Origin: Raillietiella orientalis
Lineage: Eukaryota
Direction: 5' to 3'
Assembly (NCBI GenBank): GCA_036172245.1
Contig: JAYWIR010000001.1
Location: 930,001 to 994,000 of the forward strand
Length of the DNA stretch: 64,000 nucleotides
The position numbers were made by a program, and so were the translations under genes. Shown piece after piece: positions 12,918 to 27,424 of the stretch. The notes below the pieces were generated by a model. The model had not been told where the DNA came from. It ran no database searches and saw nothing but the letters and a program-made list of their open reading frames with translations. Numbering within the stretch: the first letter of the stretch is position 1; each line of letters begins with the position of its first letter.

Positions 12918-15900
12918 GTAGAAAAATAGTTTCTGAATTGAAAAGTGTGACCCCAAGAGAACGCGCGCATGCCTTCTAGCTCACCCCCCTCCCCCCGTCT
13001 CCTCCAGCTTGACTCTGCGAATTCACTTGCAAAGGACAGTTCCCTCAGTCTTGACTTCGACTACAACCACCGACTCAGAGGGCGTTTTTTGCACATTTCA
13101 AGCATTGAGTCAATTTAGACAGCTTTTTTTCTGTACAATTCCTTTTTTGAATGCCTCGCCACTTCAGCAACATCCAGATGAACTCGACCACGTTCAAGGA
13201 ACAAATTGCCTTGAAGATTACAGCACTCTGCGTGATGAGCCGCATATGAAGCTGAAGAAATGTAAAATGTGGAACACAAAGAACTGAATGAGTATAATTC
13301 TTGAACACCCATGTAACACAAAGGATATCTAACAAACGTGTTATGTATGGAATATCCTATAGTGCGTGTCAATGGGCCATAAATATTGGCTGTGCTTCCT
13401 GATGCTTCAGAAAGAAGGGGGAGGCGGGGGGAGAACATTTCATCTTCTTCACGTACAAAAAGGGACATTGCCATAGATGCTGAAGAAAGCAACAGGGCTG
13501 CAAACGGATCGAATCAAGCATCAGAGGGTAGAAAAAGGTAACAAAGTTTCCTCAAAACCCTCTCATTAGAAAGGGTATTTACTTGTAGGTGCAAGCACTG
13601 TAAGCAATAAGGCGTTGGTACAGCACTGGAATCTGGATGTGCCTCGGCGCAAAAATGAAACAAACAGCGGGGTAACAACGAGCCAACGAGTTCTCGAAAG
13701 GAAAACAAGACTTGTCGATGATTGAATTCCCAGGCATGAAACCACAGCATGTGGAAAATGTGCGCACAAAAGCTAATCACGGACGATAGCTGCCTCCAGC
13801 AGCCGCAAGTCGTTGTTTCGTGTCCAATGCCATTACTAGGGCTTTTAGAAGTGACCACCTATTGTAGTCTTCACTCAGGTACCGCAAACATTTCCTTCCA
13901 AGATCAAAGCATCCAGAGGAAAATGGTCATCCAGCATTATTGTTATACTATTCGAAAGCAACGCTTGGATCGATAGGTCCCTGAGGAAAGTACTGTTCAA
14001 AAGCATGCCACAGATGCATGGGCGTTGTCTTCCCTTTTCCATTGCGATTCCCCCTTTGTTTTTGATCAATTCTGCATCTAAGATGGATTCGAATGGGGGA
14101 GGGGGGAGCATGTCGGAAATCACGTTTACGTCTGGCGGGTAACTGCCACCAGCCTTGATTACAAACCAGTGAAAGTTGAGGCAAGAAGTGTGTGATAGCA
14201 GATTTCATGCTGAATACGAAAGTAGGCACAACGGAGGAGTGGTTGTACTCTTTGTCAGCGGCTGGATTGGATGTCACGTGTAAGACAGAGTAGCATTAGA
14301 ACGCAAGAAACATGGGCACAGTGAATCCTCCTGTTGTAACTGATTGTCGATTGTCAAAGAACTGACACGTTTAATGAGGCATTGAAATAAGGGAATTCCT
14401 GAATTGGCTGAACTGTCGAATGAACAAATCTCAAATGCTTTTCGTGCCGACTGAAAACTTTCTTAGCCCAAAACTGAAATGGAACATAGAATCAAAAAAG
14501 GAAGGAAGAAAGAAAACGATGCGTGGTGTGCATCTTGTTTTCCCCTGATCCCAAAGAAAACCAAAGTCTCATGCATCACCATGTAACAAACTCATGAATG
14601 AAACCACACGATGGTAAATTACTGTAGTCGAAAACACGTAGACACGAGCTTGTCCGTAAATTCTCACTAGTGGGAACACTGCGTCTGCTGAGCATGTAAA
14701 TTCCGTCAGCTAACCGTTATGACCCCGTTGTAATCAACTTCGCTTACACACTGCACGCTTTACACAAACATGAATTTCTTCAAGGGTCCACCCGGAAGAT
14801 TCCTGCCATGAATACTTGATTGAACAGATACGGACCCGAAGGTCTACGATGAGCAACTTCATCCACAACTTCGGTATAATTAGCAGATTTTTGAGAAGTG
14901 GACGTATCTGTTGAAGGCCGGCACGCAAGAATGCTAATGTTATTGTTCTCTAACAGATCTGAGAGCTGTTATCTCCAGCAGAAGAGTTCTTAGCAGTTGT
15001 CAGCCGACTGACTGATACTTCTGTTTCTGAAGTTGCAGAGTAGCCGTACGGGACAGAACACGCTTAGAGGAACAAGGATGGGAAGAAGGAGGGAACATTT
15101 CTTAAGGTTTTTGCCCGATGCGAAGAGCAAATCTCACTACGAGGGAACCCAAATTAATCCATTTTACCTAACCCTACACAAACTGTTCCATGAAATGCAA
15201 TTCGCAGTCATCACACCAATTCACCTTAGTCTCATGGGTGGCGGGAGACACCTTTTCCTTCCTCTTGCAACCTTCTTCTAAGGCATCAGAAGATTGGTGC
15301 ACATACGTTTACAAGCAACAGCGCACAAGTATCGAATTCTAACGCATCTCCTTGATTTTTAAGAGAAATACCTAATAGACGCCGGAAATAATCCGAAATG
15401 TAGAATCCCCCTTTCGGTCATTTCCGATGAATCCTGACGAATATCTGGAGCAACTGGTTCCACGCTGACGAAAATGGAGTCCTCTCAGCTTAGCGGAGAT
15501 TTCATGGCACACTCCATACTCAAGTTTGTGTCAGCAAATCAGTGCCCTGCTCTTCTCATTTTTGTGTTTTTAAAATCTTCCCGTTTCAGGCTTTCACCGA
15601 GTAGAAGGCGTGATCGGATGTTTCTAAAACTCTCGGATCAAACCCTGCTGCAAACCACCCGGGACTTCCGGCGTCTTGGGCACATGGTTTCCTCGGCTTC
15701 CCCCCCCCCCCCCCCCCCAATTATTTTAATTTTCAAAGTGCATCAGCGCAGCATCCCTTACACCTGAGATCTGTTCGTGCTGCCCTGTACTCTGCATAGG
15801 AGTTTCATTTCATGCCGCGTCGGTGTCATTCGAGATAAAGTGAGGCACGCATCGAACCTATGCAAAAGCTCGCAGCATCTTGGTGCCCAAGAGTATAGAA

Positions 15901-16504
15901 TTTAGCGAGCTTCCTCAGCACTTTGAGGAATGCATGGAGGATCCTCGTACATAAACTGGAATAGGATTCAGTGAAGGAGGTGGCGAGGAGAAATGTACCG
16001 ACTCACTCCATGTGAAAAAAAATAAATAAATAAATACCGAAACAGACGATGAATCAACGACAGCAGCGAACGAATCGAGGAAAGGAGAAGAAGAACCGCG
16101 TAGGATACGCCCAGCTGCTGCATCCTACGTAGCAAAGTCGATGATTTTTTCTTGGAATCCTCAGTTTCGACAGGACGCGCTACTTAAGCCTTTCTTAAGG
16201 GTTCGGCGTGTCGGCTTGGCAGCTTTCCAAAACGGCGCATCGGCTTTCGATTTTGCGTGGAGAGCCTCGCAGAATTTTGGCACACGACCATATTTAAATA
16301 ACACTTTCGAATTTAAGGCCTCCGGTTACCCGATACTCCCGGTAATTAGAGAGAAGCGGAGCATTTTTTCGGGAATACATTTCCTGACCACTTATGGGAA
16401 CGCGCAGATCCGCGGGCATGCCCGCCGCCAGATCGCACTTAAGTAGATCAATAGAGCGAATAACTTAATGCTGGAGACAAGGATAGTGCACATAATCGAG
16501 TAGA

Positions 16505-16547
16505 ATGTTCCGGAGTGCTCTGCTAACGTTGTTTTTGGTGCATTCAG
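16505..16547 (+). CDS. crok: Probable first (signal-peptide) coding exon of the crooked-like Ly6 gene
   Basis: ATG...MFRSALLTLFLVHS-G ends at a strong phase-1 donor (cag|gtaagg). This matches the phase-1 acceptor at 27570 and gives MFRSALLTLFLVHSGRA|LLCHQC. Confidence 0.6.
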
Positions 16548-16718
16548 GTAAGGCATTCTCTGTTTTCACCCTGCGATCACCTTTCTCGGGTGTTTTTTTC
16601 TCTCCTTGCCTTGCACAATGTGTGCTGCGCTCCCTTTAGACAAATTGCTCCAGCAGGAATTTCTCTAAAGGGTGCCACCGAATGTTGCACGGCAGGCAGA
16701 AGTGGCAGCAAGGAAATG

Positions 16719-16722
<4 letters not shown>

Positions 16723-16754
<32 letters not shown>
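16723..16754. repeat. (CA)16 microsatellite
   Basis: Read directly from the sequence. Confidence 0.95.
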
Positions 16755-16755
<1 letters not shown>

Positions 16756-19700
16756 CCTCGGAAATGCTGCTTTGCCGTGCATGTGTGATCCCCCCCTCCC
16801 CCCTCCCTCCCTCCCCAAGAAAAGCACTTAGCATTTTCACTCCATTTTGTGTTTCGCGAAAATAGCGTGTGTGAGAGGAAGTTTTTGCAAAAATCCGAGC
16901 AGTGTTCCTATCGGAGATGTGTAAAGTGACTGTTTTCACAGTTGCAGTGGGTTATTGGAATAGTTTCTTCCTTTCCTCTTTTTTTTTTCTCTTGCGAATC
17001 CACTATTTGGAGCTTCGCCTGTCTGCTCTTCCAGTTTAGTGGTAATCTGCGTGTTTCAGCACTTGCTGTGAGGTATAAAGTGCCAGTTATTAATTTCAGG
17101 TATTGCAGCTGACAAGCAAGCATCACGTATTTTAATTTGCATGATTGCTTTGCAAATTACCTTAATTAAACCATGTCTTTTTTTTCCTTTTTTTCTACTG
17201 CAAATAGCTGTAAGATGGAATTTGAGAAGCTACACAGAGTTTTTCCAGAAACAAAAGGATGGAATCCCCACGCACCCCCACCCCACTTCGTCCTCCCCCA
17301 AAAAACACACACATGGGATTTTTCGCCCTTGGTCTCGAATCGGGATCTCGAAAAGCTGTAACTCCCAAGTGGAAATCCAAATCCTTCAGTCGTTGTTTCT
17401 ATTTCCATTCTGTCATTATCATTAATGCACACACGAAAGATGGCTTCGGGTGAGCTCCATTCTCGTAGTATTCCGTTCGTGTGCATTTAGAAATTCTTGC
17501 CATCTGTTCCACCTCGTTTAATTTTGCATTTTCAATATTCCCCCTTACCCTTCCCCCCTTCCTGCCAAGCCCTCGACTTTGGTTTAGGCCGATTTACAGA
17601 TTAAAAATAGTAAGAACTTTTCGACCCGTCAAATGCTTCACGTCATTCTTCGAGTAAAAAGTTCGGGAGTTGGATTAGCGTTTTGCACTGCTTTAACCAA
17701 AATGGTACCACAGATATCCGAAAAACCTCAACATGGTGATACAGCTCGCATTTTCCAGATGTCCACGACACTTACCTTTTGAAACGTGGAGGTGAATTCA
17801 TCATAACTACACTCTCGAAACCTTTGCATTGTTCCTCTGCAATCTTTGGTAACTTCTGTTGTACTTGCTTAAGACTTACTCGTGTCTATCTTCATTATTT
17901 ATATCATTATACTTTCGAAGAAATCATGGTTTGCGGATTCAATAAGAAATTTTAAATCCGATTTTCGATTCTAGTTTCGAGATTCCATTATAGTTATATT
18001 TTTGGAACTACACGACGTAAATTCTTGGATATACAGAGATTGATTGTGTGAATATGTATTTGAGTGGAGTGCTCTGAATCCAGCACGTTCGTAAGTGACC
18101 TTCTTTCGAGACTGTAGTGAATTTCCTCGTCATTTTACGTTAGTCCTTGCAGTCCTATTCCAAACAATAGTACATCTGGAGGGGAAAAAAAAAAAAAAAA
18201 CCATCTCGACATGAATTCCCTTTTTTCAAGTTTTCCGTCGTTTCTGAGGACGAAGCAAGCTACAAAATACTCGAGCCCCCTTCCAACAACTGTCGAACAA
18301 AAAAGTTGTTCACTTGGAACTCTTGAATTTCGTCCTGATCCAATCTAAGGAGCATGCGTGTTTCGAAACGGATAACTTTATAATTACATTGAATTCTTGC
18401 GAGGATGCAACTTCTAAATCCTTGCATGCTTTTGCATATTTTATCCCTGCATATTCTTGCAAAAAGGACTTGCGAACCCTGCCTGAAAAGCATTGTTGCA
18501 AAACCGTTGTTTCCTCCTAGGCTAGCCGTTGCCCTGCGACATCCTTGCGTCTCCCAGAGCTTCGAGTTCTATTCCGTAATTCGCGTCTGCCTGTTGTTGC
18601 ATATCTATAATTCATCACGTTGCAAAAGTGCCCGCGTTTGCAGCAATTCGTTCTTTTTTTCCCCAGCCCCCTGATTATCGTTCACGAGAGATGATTTCGA
18701 GGAGGAGGAAAAGAAGAAAAAAGCAAACTCGGAGAAGCCCTGCTTTGCTTCAGTAATCGCACATTCGACTCGGTTTCTATTAGCGCTGTGTGACATTTCA
18801 GATTTTTATTTTCAGATCTTATTTTTATAATGTTTTCAGTGATACTGTCTTTATCTTACAGTAATTTTCGTTTGGGTAGATTAAGCCAAGCTTAATTTCA
18901 GACAAAATCCATTTGGTGCTTCCGTGGGTTTGGTAAAACTTGCCATTGCATTGATATTTTACTTGGTCAGGTTAGATTCCCATTGTGTGCATTGATGATA
19001 CATACGTTATCTCGTGACATCTTGTTCACGAGATTGCATTTGTCAAAATTGTATATCCGATCTCTGATTTTACAGCGTTAAACTTTGGGGGGGGGATAGA
19101 TTCCTTCCCCCTCCCCTTTCCCTATTTGCAAACAACATGTTTTCTACAGGATCCATTCCTGAAAGAGAGAAAAAAATATGAGTTGACTTCCCTTGAGAGC
19201 TGTTTTTAATTTTATACCAAGCATTTTCTTTTTCTATAATACTAGTGAAGCAGTACAACTTCTTGTTCGAAGTAGTTTCATATAAGGCTCTTATGCTGCT
19301 GACAAAGTGAGCACAAGAAATGTGTACTCCTTTTCTCTTTTGTTTTTTTATTGTATTCAGAAGCCACCAGCAAGGGAATTTCGGTTCTATGTGGATTTAA
19401 CTGTTTGAATGAAGGGAAAAAATTCTGCAGCACTTGCCTAACCTTCACTCTCGGTGGAGATCCTCCTCCGTAAGAGGATCAGGGAACTCATCCCGGAACA
19501 TATGAAAAGAATCATGTCTCTGAAAGCACATCATTTGAGCAAAAACGTCGCTCAGGAGCTCTTCTACCATCGTTCCTTCATAGCGGGTGCAAAAATCCAA
19601 AAACCCGTGCTCCAGGCAAAGGTCTGCTGAATCGACTGTTGTGGTTACGAGCAAATCGTCCTTTGTCCTTTTCCAGAGGAAGAGACCTCATATTTTATTT

Positions 19701-20999
19701 ATTTATTTTTTTGTGTAACGAGTACCTATTCATGTTTCGCCGTTGGGTCTTTGAGCCTTATTGCTTTCACTTTACGTCATTGGAAATGATGTATGCCAAC
19801 CATATTGTGTAGATTATTCAATAAGGGCAACACTGCGATGGAAGCGAATCAATTTTTGCATGTTCATTCCTTGGAAATGATTAGCACTTCCACAAGGCAT
19901 AGTACTTTTAGCAAGTACTTTCGTTGCATATTTTTTTTTTTTTTTTAAAAAAAAAAGGCCAGTAGACACCTTACGAGGGGATCGGCTGAGGATGATGATT
20001 GGAAATCCCTTTTGGATTCTTTTGTTTCTCTGCTTTCCTTCCTGCTCTTTTTTCTTTTTCGGGTTTCTTTTCCTTTTTGGTTTGGTTCGCGAGAATTACT
20101 CGAGAACCGCATGTGCATGTGTTTTGGAAAATAAATGGGAACTCTTCAGCTTTCGGAGGCGCTCGTCGGCGGAACCCGGACTGCTTGTTCTTCTCATCTG
20201 GGAGCTTTGAAACACGCGGCAGAAGATACCGATGCTGACCGCATGTGACGATGTGATGCGATGACCTCATGTCACATGCAAGCAAGAGAGAGCAATGTTG
20301 TGATCGCTTTCTGAAATGAAATTACCCAATTGGCGGAACCAACTTATAAGTCACGTGGGAAGGAATGTCTTGAGCGTCGAGTAATTAAGCGCCGGTGATG
20401 CTTTTCGTGTAAGATTCGAAAGAGGAGAAAGAAGAAAAGAGATGTACATGAATGAAGAACAGGAATAGGTAGGGAACTTTCATCTTGGGTAAGAATGCGA
20501 CCGAATCAAATTTCCAAGTCATTCGGTCGTTCCTTCTTTTAGAAACGTATTTCTTAAATCTAATAGAATAATGGGTGTCAAGTCAAAAAGTTCATCTTTT
20601 TTTTTTTGGTTTGTTTGTTCCATAAAGGTCAGCACAAGGTAAACAGGTTGAACAGCGGAGTTTTGCTTCAGGGTGTGGGAACCTGTACTTGGTTGATTGG
20701 TTTGTTAATATGAGATATCCGTGGTTGCAGCACCCGGTGAAGAACTAACATATCAGATGCAAACTTAGAGATAAGGAAACATTTATGAGATCCAATGGTT
20801 TCTGTGAATTTGCTATTCGCTTTAGCAAGCAAGTATCACAATGGAAAACGTGTTGCCTGCCTCTGTTCTTGAGAATTTATATAAGAATTGTCTTATTTAC
20901 AAATGAACTATATTACCCCCCCTTCCCCCTCAGCGTTCTGTTCGCTTTCTCCTATCGTTTTACATAAGCAATACAGCATACATTTATTACCCATTCTGA

Positions 21000-23900
21000 A
21001 AAGCAAGAAATCAAGTGAATTCACTGGCACCAGCACGTGCATTCTGAATTCAAGTCATAAGGGGTGTTCTGAAAATATTGAAAAATCATCCCCCATGTCT
21101 ACTGGGTGTTTTCCTCGGTCCCAACACGAAGGAGTTTTGGATGCTCTGAGGAGCCATTTTTTCGATATGGAAGCATTAAAAACGCCTTCCATTTGGTAAC
21201 CAATTCATAGAATTCTATAACAGTATTTTTGTTTCTGTGTTTTATATCGTCGCCTATGATAGTTTGGATGAAATTTCCAAAGCTTGCAGGCAAATCCAAA
21301 ATCCAAGTAGCTGAATGGGTAGGGCAGTGCCTATGTTTTGACACAGATTTCTGTGTTCAGAGGGTCCGCGCGTAGCATTTGTGGAAATCTGGAACCAGAT
21401 CATAGCTTTCAAAATGTTATTCGAATAGGTCCTAGGGAAATTTATGCGCAACAGTCAAAAATTGCAGGAATAGCAGTTCTTGAATTTCCTGATAGGGAAT
21501 GAAGAACGGGATTCTGCTAGGTAGAAAGAATGTGATAGATGAGTAGAGCGAATTTCTACGCTTTTCAAAGTTTCTCCACAGACGGGTTTCGTCACAAATC
21601 AGAGACCGAACTAAAAATAGAAGCAGTTGATTCGGAATTAGAAAAAAAAAAAAAACTATTAGCTCAACTGTGGGCATAAAATGCTCGCATAACGTATAAA
21701 TAAAATCGTATAAGCCATGAATTTTTTTTTACAAAAAAATCTGGCATCTGATCACAAGAAAAATGAATTTCATTTTTCTCCCGGGCTCAGAATAGCCCTT
21801 CTCAGATTGATTTGCAATCTCACTCAAAAAGTCTGCGTGTATTGACGAGAGCTGGCAGTGGTCTCGTGCAACTCAACCGCTTCATCATTGATTTACTTCC
21901 TCATCTTATGAGTGCTGAGGTTCGCTCTCGCGTCAGCTGTTTCATTTCGTCCGCATTGCCGAAGGCTCAAGAGGAAAAGCGCAATCACTGGAAAAAACCC
22001 TCTGTTCACAGTTTCTCTGCTTTTCAAGAGACATTGCTAAACGTCAGTACAATGATGAAAGGGATAAGTTGCCGTCGTGAGACCTTTCTTTGATGAGCTC
22101 TAACGACGGAAAGAAAAGCAGCTGATGAAGACAAAACAGAACAGAATGAATAAACAGTACAAGATTGCAGAATCGAATTTCAATTAACTGAAGCAACCTT
22201 TCCGTGGAACCATCGATGCGAGTCGTATCTAAAGGAACTGTAACAGGTAAGTACAGCAAACAGAGAATGCTAGTGAAGTGGGTGGGTTCTTTTGAGAATA
22301 ACTGCTCAAGAAATACAAAAGTATGGGGCTAAGTATTTAACCCGTTGATGCCATTATGAGACGCAGGGTTCCCATCGGAAATACTGGCGGCCACGGGCAC
22401 AGTTCCATTTTTTTGAATGCAGCTGCGCTGACTGGCCAAATCGTCGGTAGAAATTCGTGATTACCCAAATAAAAGAGTGAATCGTGTGGAGCCAATGCTA
22501 TTCAGGCGCGTGGTCATGGACGTGGCTCCGATCTTTACACACCTGTGGTGTAATTCAGTTGCCACATGGGTATATGGAAGTGGACGCCTATCCGTTTGTT
22601 CGAGATCTTTCCGGGGTTAGAACTGGATCGCGCGAATTTGGCAGATCTGGGGAACGAGACCAGCAGTCACGAAATATCGAAATCGGAGAGCTGTACAGCT
22701 CTACTCGTGCAATGATTCATTCCAGCAAGCCCTTAGCGCACTCTGTAACGAGATGGTTTTGGTCAACCATGAACCTTCCAAGAGATAAAGCAACCAAAGT
22801 TGCGTTGCCCTTTGATTTTTGTTATTGCCTTTATCTCTTAGAAGTAAATGGGAAGCTCTGAAAGACATTTAACGAGTCCCGAGTCGTGTTCAGTCGTCTT
22901 CACTTTCCCTCGTTCTTTTCGCAGTTTTTAGCCGTACTATTTCTTTCCCTTTCCTGCTTAAGAAATACAGGCAGGCTGCGCGGTCTACAGAGTCCGCAGA
23001 ATAGTCGTAGGGCGCAAAGCGAAAACTGAAAAATCTAAACATTCTGCACGAAGGCAAAAACACCTTTACTGCTTTCCGAAGTATTTCGGCAGCGTAGACG
23101 ACCGCACTCTTTTACTTGTGTTCAAAGCTTCTTGCAAATGTTCGCAGATGCAGGATGCCTTATCGATATCTCGGAGGACGTGCATGCCCCCTTCAGAGCT
23201 GCATCCATAATTCTTTGCTCTGCAACTCCTCCAGACCGGAAGAGATCTTCAAATTACTTTGAAGGAGAATTCCGTCACATCCTTTGACCTTTTTGTCGGC
23301 TTGTTCAGGGGCTCTTTTGTTAATCCAAAAGCACGTCATCATCGGTCACCTCTTCGGCTCTTCCGATATCTGTTATTTCTGTAATGACATATTCTTTTCC
23401 TTCGGAATCCCTTCTGCCTGTCCAATGGGGCAAATGCGCTCCCTCGCTTCGCGCATGCTGTTGGCGGCCATTTCCAGTATGTTCTGGATTACTTCTTCGA
23501 ATCTTTGGCTTCCCTTATTATGGCTGGCAAGTCAGGATCATCCCTGCGTCTGTTTCGGATCTCATTTTCCCGGTGGTTTAAGCATCCTATGAGATCTAAT
23601 GTAAGTGAATTATTCACAACGAAACCAAGATCCTGAAGATAAACCAACCGACCTTCCTGAGGTGTGGCTTCCGTTCGCAGCCACATCTCAGTTCGAAACT
23701 CTGCACAATAATATGCGAATGCTGTTGCCAGAGGAGTTGGTTGGTTTCCTTTCCGTGGATGGTATCATCTACTATGGCATGGGATAAGAAAGAAAGCAAA
23801 TGTATCTGAGGATATGATGTGGTCAGCGCAGTTGGCCACATTGCTGCCATGACAGGTGTGCTCAGAGCCCGAATCCTTGGACTGTTTGATTTGAAACCAA

Positions 23901-24400
23901 AGTCCTCCACCCTCATTACCTTATTTCCATATCCAAGAGAGAAAAGATCTACAGCTCTAGAAGGGAAACGGCCAGCAATCTTCGGTGAAGTCGCTACATA
24001 CGGAGGGAGTGATTTTGTCGAATGTCGAATGTGGCACATAGCCAATTCAAGATTTCACCCACTCCAGAGATGTTTTTTCCTTTCATTTCTTTCAAGTTCG
24101 GTGTCGACGAATACGATAATCAGCCTTTCTGTGTCTGTTTTGAACGTCTCCAAATTTGCATATGTGAAGATTTTCCTTTCTCCGTTGCGATCATATTCAA
24201 AAGAGACGGATTCTATGGGGCTCCTCTTCTTCGTTCAGTGTATTAATGACGTCTCTTAATTATGGCGGTCATTTGTTGCCGTGGTGTGAACATTTTTTTC
24301 CTTCTGTATTGAAATCCCCGATGGCATTCCGAAAATTCCGGAATTCGGTTAGAGACATGGCATGTTAGCAATGGCTTGCTCAGATGTTTTTTTTTTTCTT
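21000..24400 (-). mobile_element. Possible heavily decayed CR1/L2/jockey-type LINE inside the crok intron
   Basis: Weak motifs in the expected order on the minus strand: EDFG (GDFN-like), TLDLI, RDIDKASC, ILDLPASFG (LDFxKAFD-like), KWKAFL, SIQNSFVLGP (SGVPQGSVLGP-like). Confidence 0.3.
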
Positions 24401-27082
24401 TTGTAAAGCACAACTGACGTCTAAAACTGGCAATCGCAACTCCTAGCACGTGCCATCAACTAATAATTTTTTTTCGGAGGGGGGGTGGGGGGCAGAAAAT
24501 GCCGCACCCAATGGAATTCGCGCTACTCGTTGCGTTGCCCGCCTGTAGTCTAGACAACGTCTCTCGACCGTGTTTGCACGAGGGGGGGATTCCTCCAGGG
24601 TTTCACGACCACGGTCTGACTCGGTGTCTGCCGTAGTGGTTCTTTCCGTACCCGTTCGATGCAAAAAGGCCGGCTAAAGCCGAGGAACTCGTTGCATACT
24701 GATTGCGGGAACGCTTATTACGCGCCTCTTCAAGGCTTCACCTCTTCGAAAAGGACAGTGGCACAGCGGTAATCCACGGCTGGAGGGGAACTCATTCCAT
24801 GGTGGTTCAAACCGTGAAAGGAAGGGGCCGATCAACCGTTGCCCTCCCCGCTAAAATAAATCTTTTCTCTAACTTATATACTGAAGTGGGGCTAAAGTTG
24901 AGGTCTAATGTTCCCTTCAGCAGAACCAGTGCTCTCCGTTGTCTGAGGGAACGTGTAATTTCGTTGCCATCTGGTCACGCTGGAAATCTCTCCATCGGGA
25001 CTCCGGGGTTCAAGAAGAGTTGAACCGCCGACTCGCCGCGGGTCGGCTACACAGAAAGACGGGAGGAGAGTGGACCATAAAATAAATACAATCAAGGGAG
25101 AGAAGCGACGCAGTTCCAGCTTTCGTCCCTTCGCATCCTCTGCAGCTTGCGTGCAATGCAGGCAGCGCCGCTTCGCCCGCCACGTTCCTCATCGTCACGG
25201 AGAAAAGGCGAAGGGCAGGCACGACCTCCCGTGCTTTCCGGCGCTCCCCTTGCGCGTGGTGACAGCCACAATCCCAATGCAAAACAGGATCGCGACCGGT
25301 GAGGCAGTCAGCTTGTGGATGGGTGAGAAACGAGCTGCAACGAGTGGAGGGTCATTTTAAAATCACCGATTCAATGACGTGGCCGTCGCGTTCCCGCTCT
25401 GTAACCTAAAGGTCGCCTTCCCATACTGACCGTTCTTCATTGGAAACTCCGACCAGCAAGTGTATCCTTTTCCAAGAAGTTTTGTCATACCTGTCGGCAT
25501 GATGAGTTGACGGATCGTTTATGGTTCTTTACGTTCACAGCTATCGATGTACCGTTGAAGCAAACCCTGGAGTCTCTTTCTTTCATTCGGTTTCCTTTAC
25601 GCAGCTGCTGTGTTTTTCGAGCTGGTGTGCTTGAATTCAATTCATTCGTCTCGACACACCTCATGAGAAGGAATTTTACGTTTCAAGACCGATGATTACT
25701 GTGCGCAGGGGGGAAGAAAAAAACGCATTTGGTCGAAGACAAGTGGCACAAGAGTTTCAGAGCACAACGCTGGAGAGAGAAATCGAAGCAGGAATCGAAC
25801 AGAGAACCTTAAGATATTCCTGGTTGCTCCTGAGACGAAGCAGCCCGATCCCGGAATCACTTGCAGCGGCGATGCTGAATTCATTCCATCGAGCCGAACT
25901 TTACACGAGTGAGTCTAATTGCCGACGTAGGATAAGGAATTTCCCTGTGCGTCCGCGCCCTGGATCGATATCCCCCAGCTCCCCAGCAGATCGCGTTTCA
26001 TGTGTAATGGAATGGCTTCAGAGAATAGGCTTCGGCTCCTGTCGTGCGGCCTGCCTCCTCATGTCTTCACGCCATCAGGATTCCATTCTTCCGAGGCTTA
26101 AGAGCTGGTCCAGGACTTTTGTGACTGTTCGCAAGGGATGCTGCATCGCCAACGCGGTCTCTTTGCTTTGTGCAAGTCGCCTACTCGTGAATTTGAATGA
26201 AATTCACTCTAGAAGCAGACAAAAAAGACTTGCTAACAAGTTATAGTCGAGGGCTCCTCCCCTCCGAAATCATGGTTCACCTGCGCCCATCTGAAGCGCT
26301 CTCAAAATTGATGGGATGAACGAAGGACCTCTCTCTTTGGAGAGTAACTTTTCAAGCCGCAGATGCGCGCTCTCACCACCAGAGGGAAGGGGGGTTTTCT
26401 GGTCACTGTCTCGCAACGGGCACCCGACGGTGTCCGTCTGTTTCTCTCTCCTTTGCATTTTTCGATTTCTGCGTCCGTGAGACAAGCGGTTCGCCTGGAA
26501 GGGCTTGCCGATCAAGCGGCGCGTTCGGTCCGGAGGAGGTTTTCCTGCTTTGAGGATTTGCCGAGCACACTGAGGCTGTTTGGTTCTTTGTGTTTGTGAG
26601 CACCCCCCGGTCATTAGGAGAAGGAGGAAACAAAAACAAAGGACAAAAGCAAAATTTACCGATGGCACTCTTGTTTGTACGTCGGCATTGGCGCGCGCGA
26701 GTTGCTTTCCATTTTTGTTCTTTTCCAAACAAAAGCACAAGAGTCCAAGAGTGCCTTCCACTGATGCTGCAACCGCAGACTGTCGCATTTCTTTGCCGAA
26801 TCGTCTGTCGTAAGTGAAGCTCACGGCATGCTGATTGCCGCCTCAAGGAACGTTGTTGCTGTTTAAGGCGATGGCTGCTGGAATGGCACACCGCACGACA
26901 CTCTGCGTAGTCAAGCACTCTGTGTTCCAACACGTTGCTTGTATCTGCTTTCAGTAAGCTGATAACAGAAGCGCGCGGCGGATGAGTTCTTGCAATGCAT
27001 AGCTTTCAACAGAGGCCACTCCCGGTGGAAAGGACATATGCCACGGTTGTTTTAGCTGGGAAAATGTATACACACATATATT

Positions 27083-27424
27083 TACAGTGGTACCTCGGTA
27101 CTCGTCGGTAATTCGTTCCGGAACCCGTGGCGAGTGCCGGAACCGACGAGTACCGAACGAGTCCCTTTCTAGGCTCCGTGGTATCATTTTTTAACCATTT
27201 TGGGATCTATGATTCACGCTTACAATGCACGGAAAGCACAAAAAGAGGAAAGCTTTGGAAGGCACTCAATGAAAGTGTCCGAGATATCACGAGACGAAAG
27301 CGTTCACTTGTAAGAGTGGGGTGTCGAGTTCCGAGCATGCGTCGAGTGTCGAAACATTTCTTTCTCTCGTGAAAATGCGACGAGTACTGCGTTCCGGCAC
27401 CGTTGGGTACCGAGGTTCCCACAA
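27083..27424. mobile_element. Non-autonomous pogo/Tigger-like (Tc1/mariner superfamily) MITE
   Basis: Left end ta-cagtggtacctcggtactcg; right end gggtaccgaggttcccac (imperfect TIR). Subterminal cgacgagtac repeats and a perfect 14-bp inverted repeat lie within the left end. No ORF. Confidence 0.7.

Noticed and set aside
13000-13850. Ty3/Gypsy pol relic (MKLKKCK, LEHPCNTKDI, AIDA, PGMK)
   Set aside because: The motif order is suggestive, but no catalytic motif is intact and no LTRs are visible. It needs a profile search.
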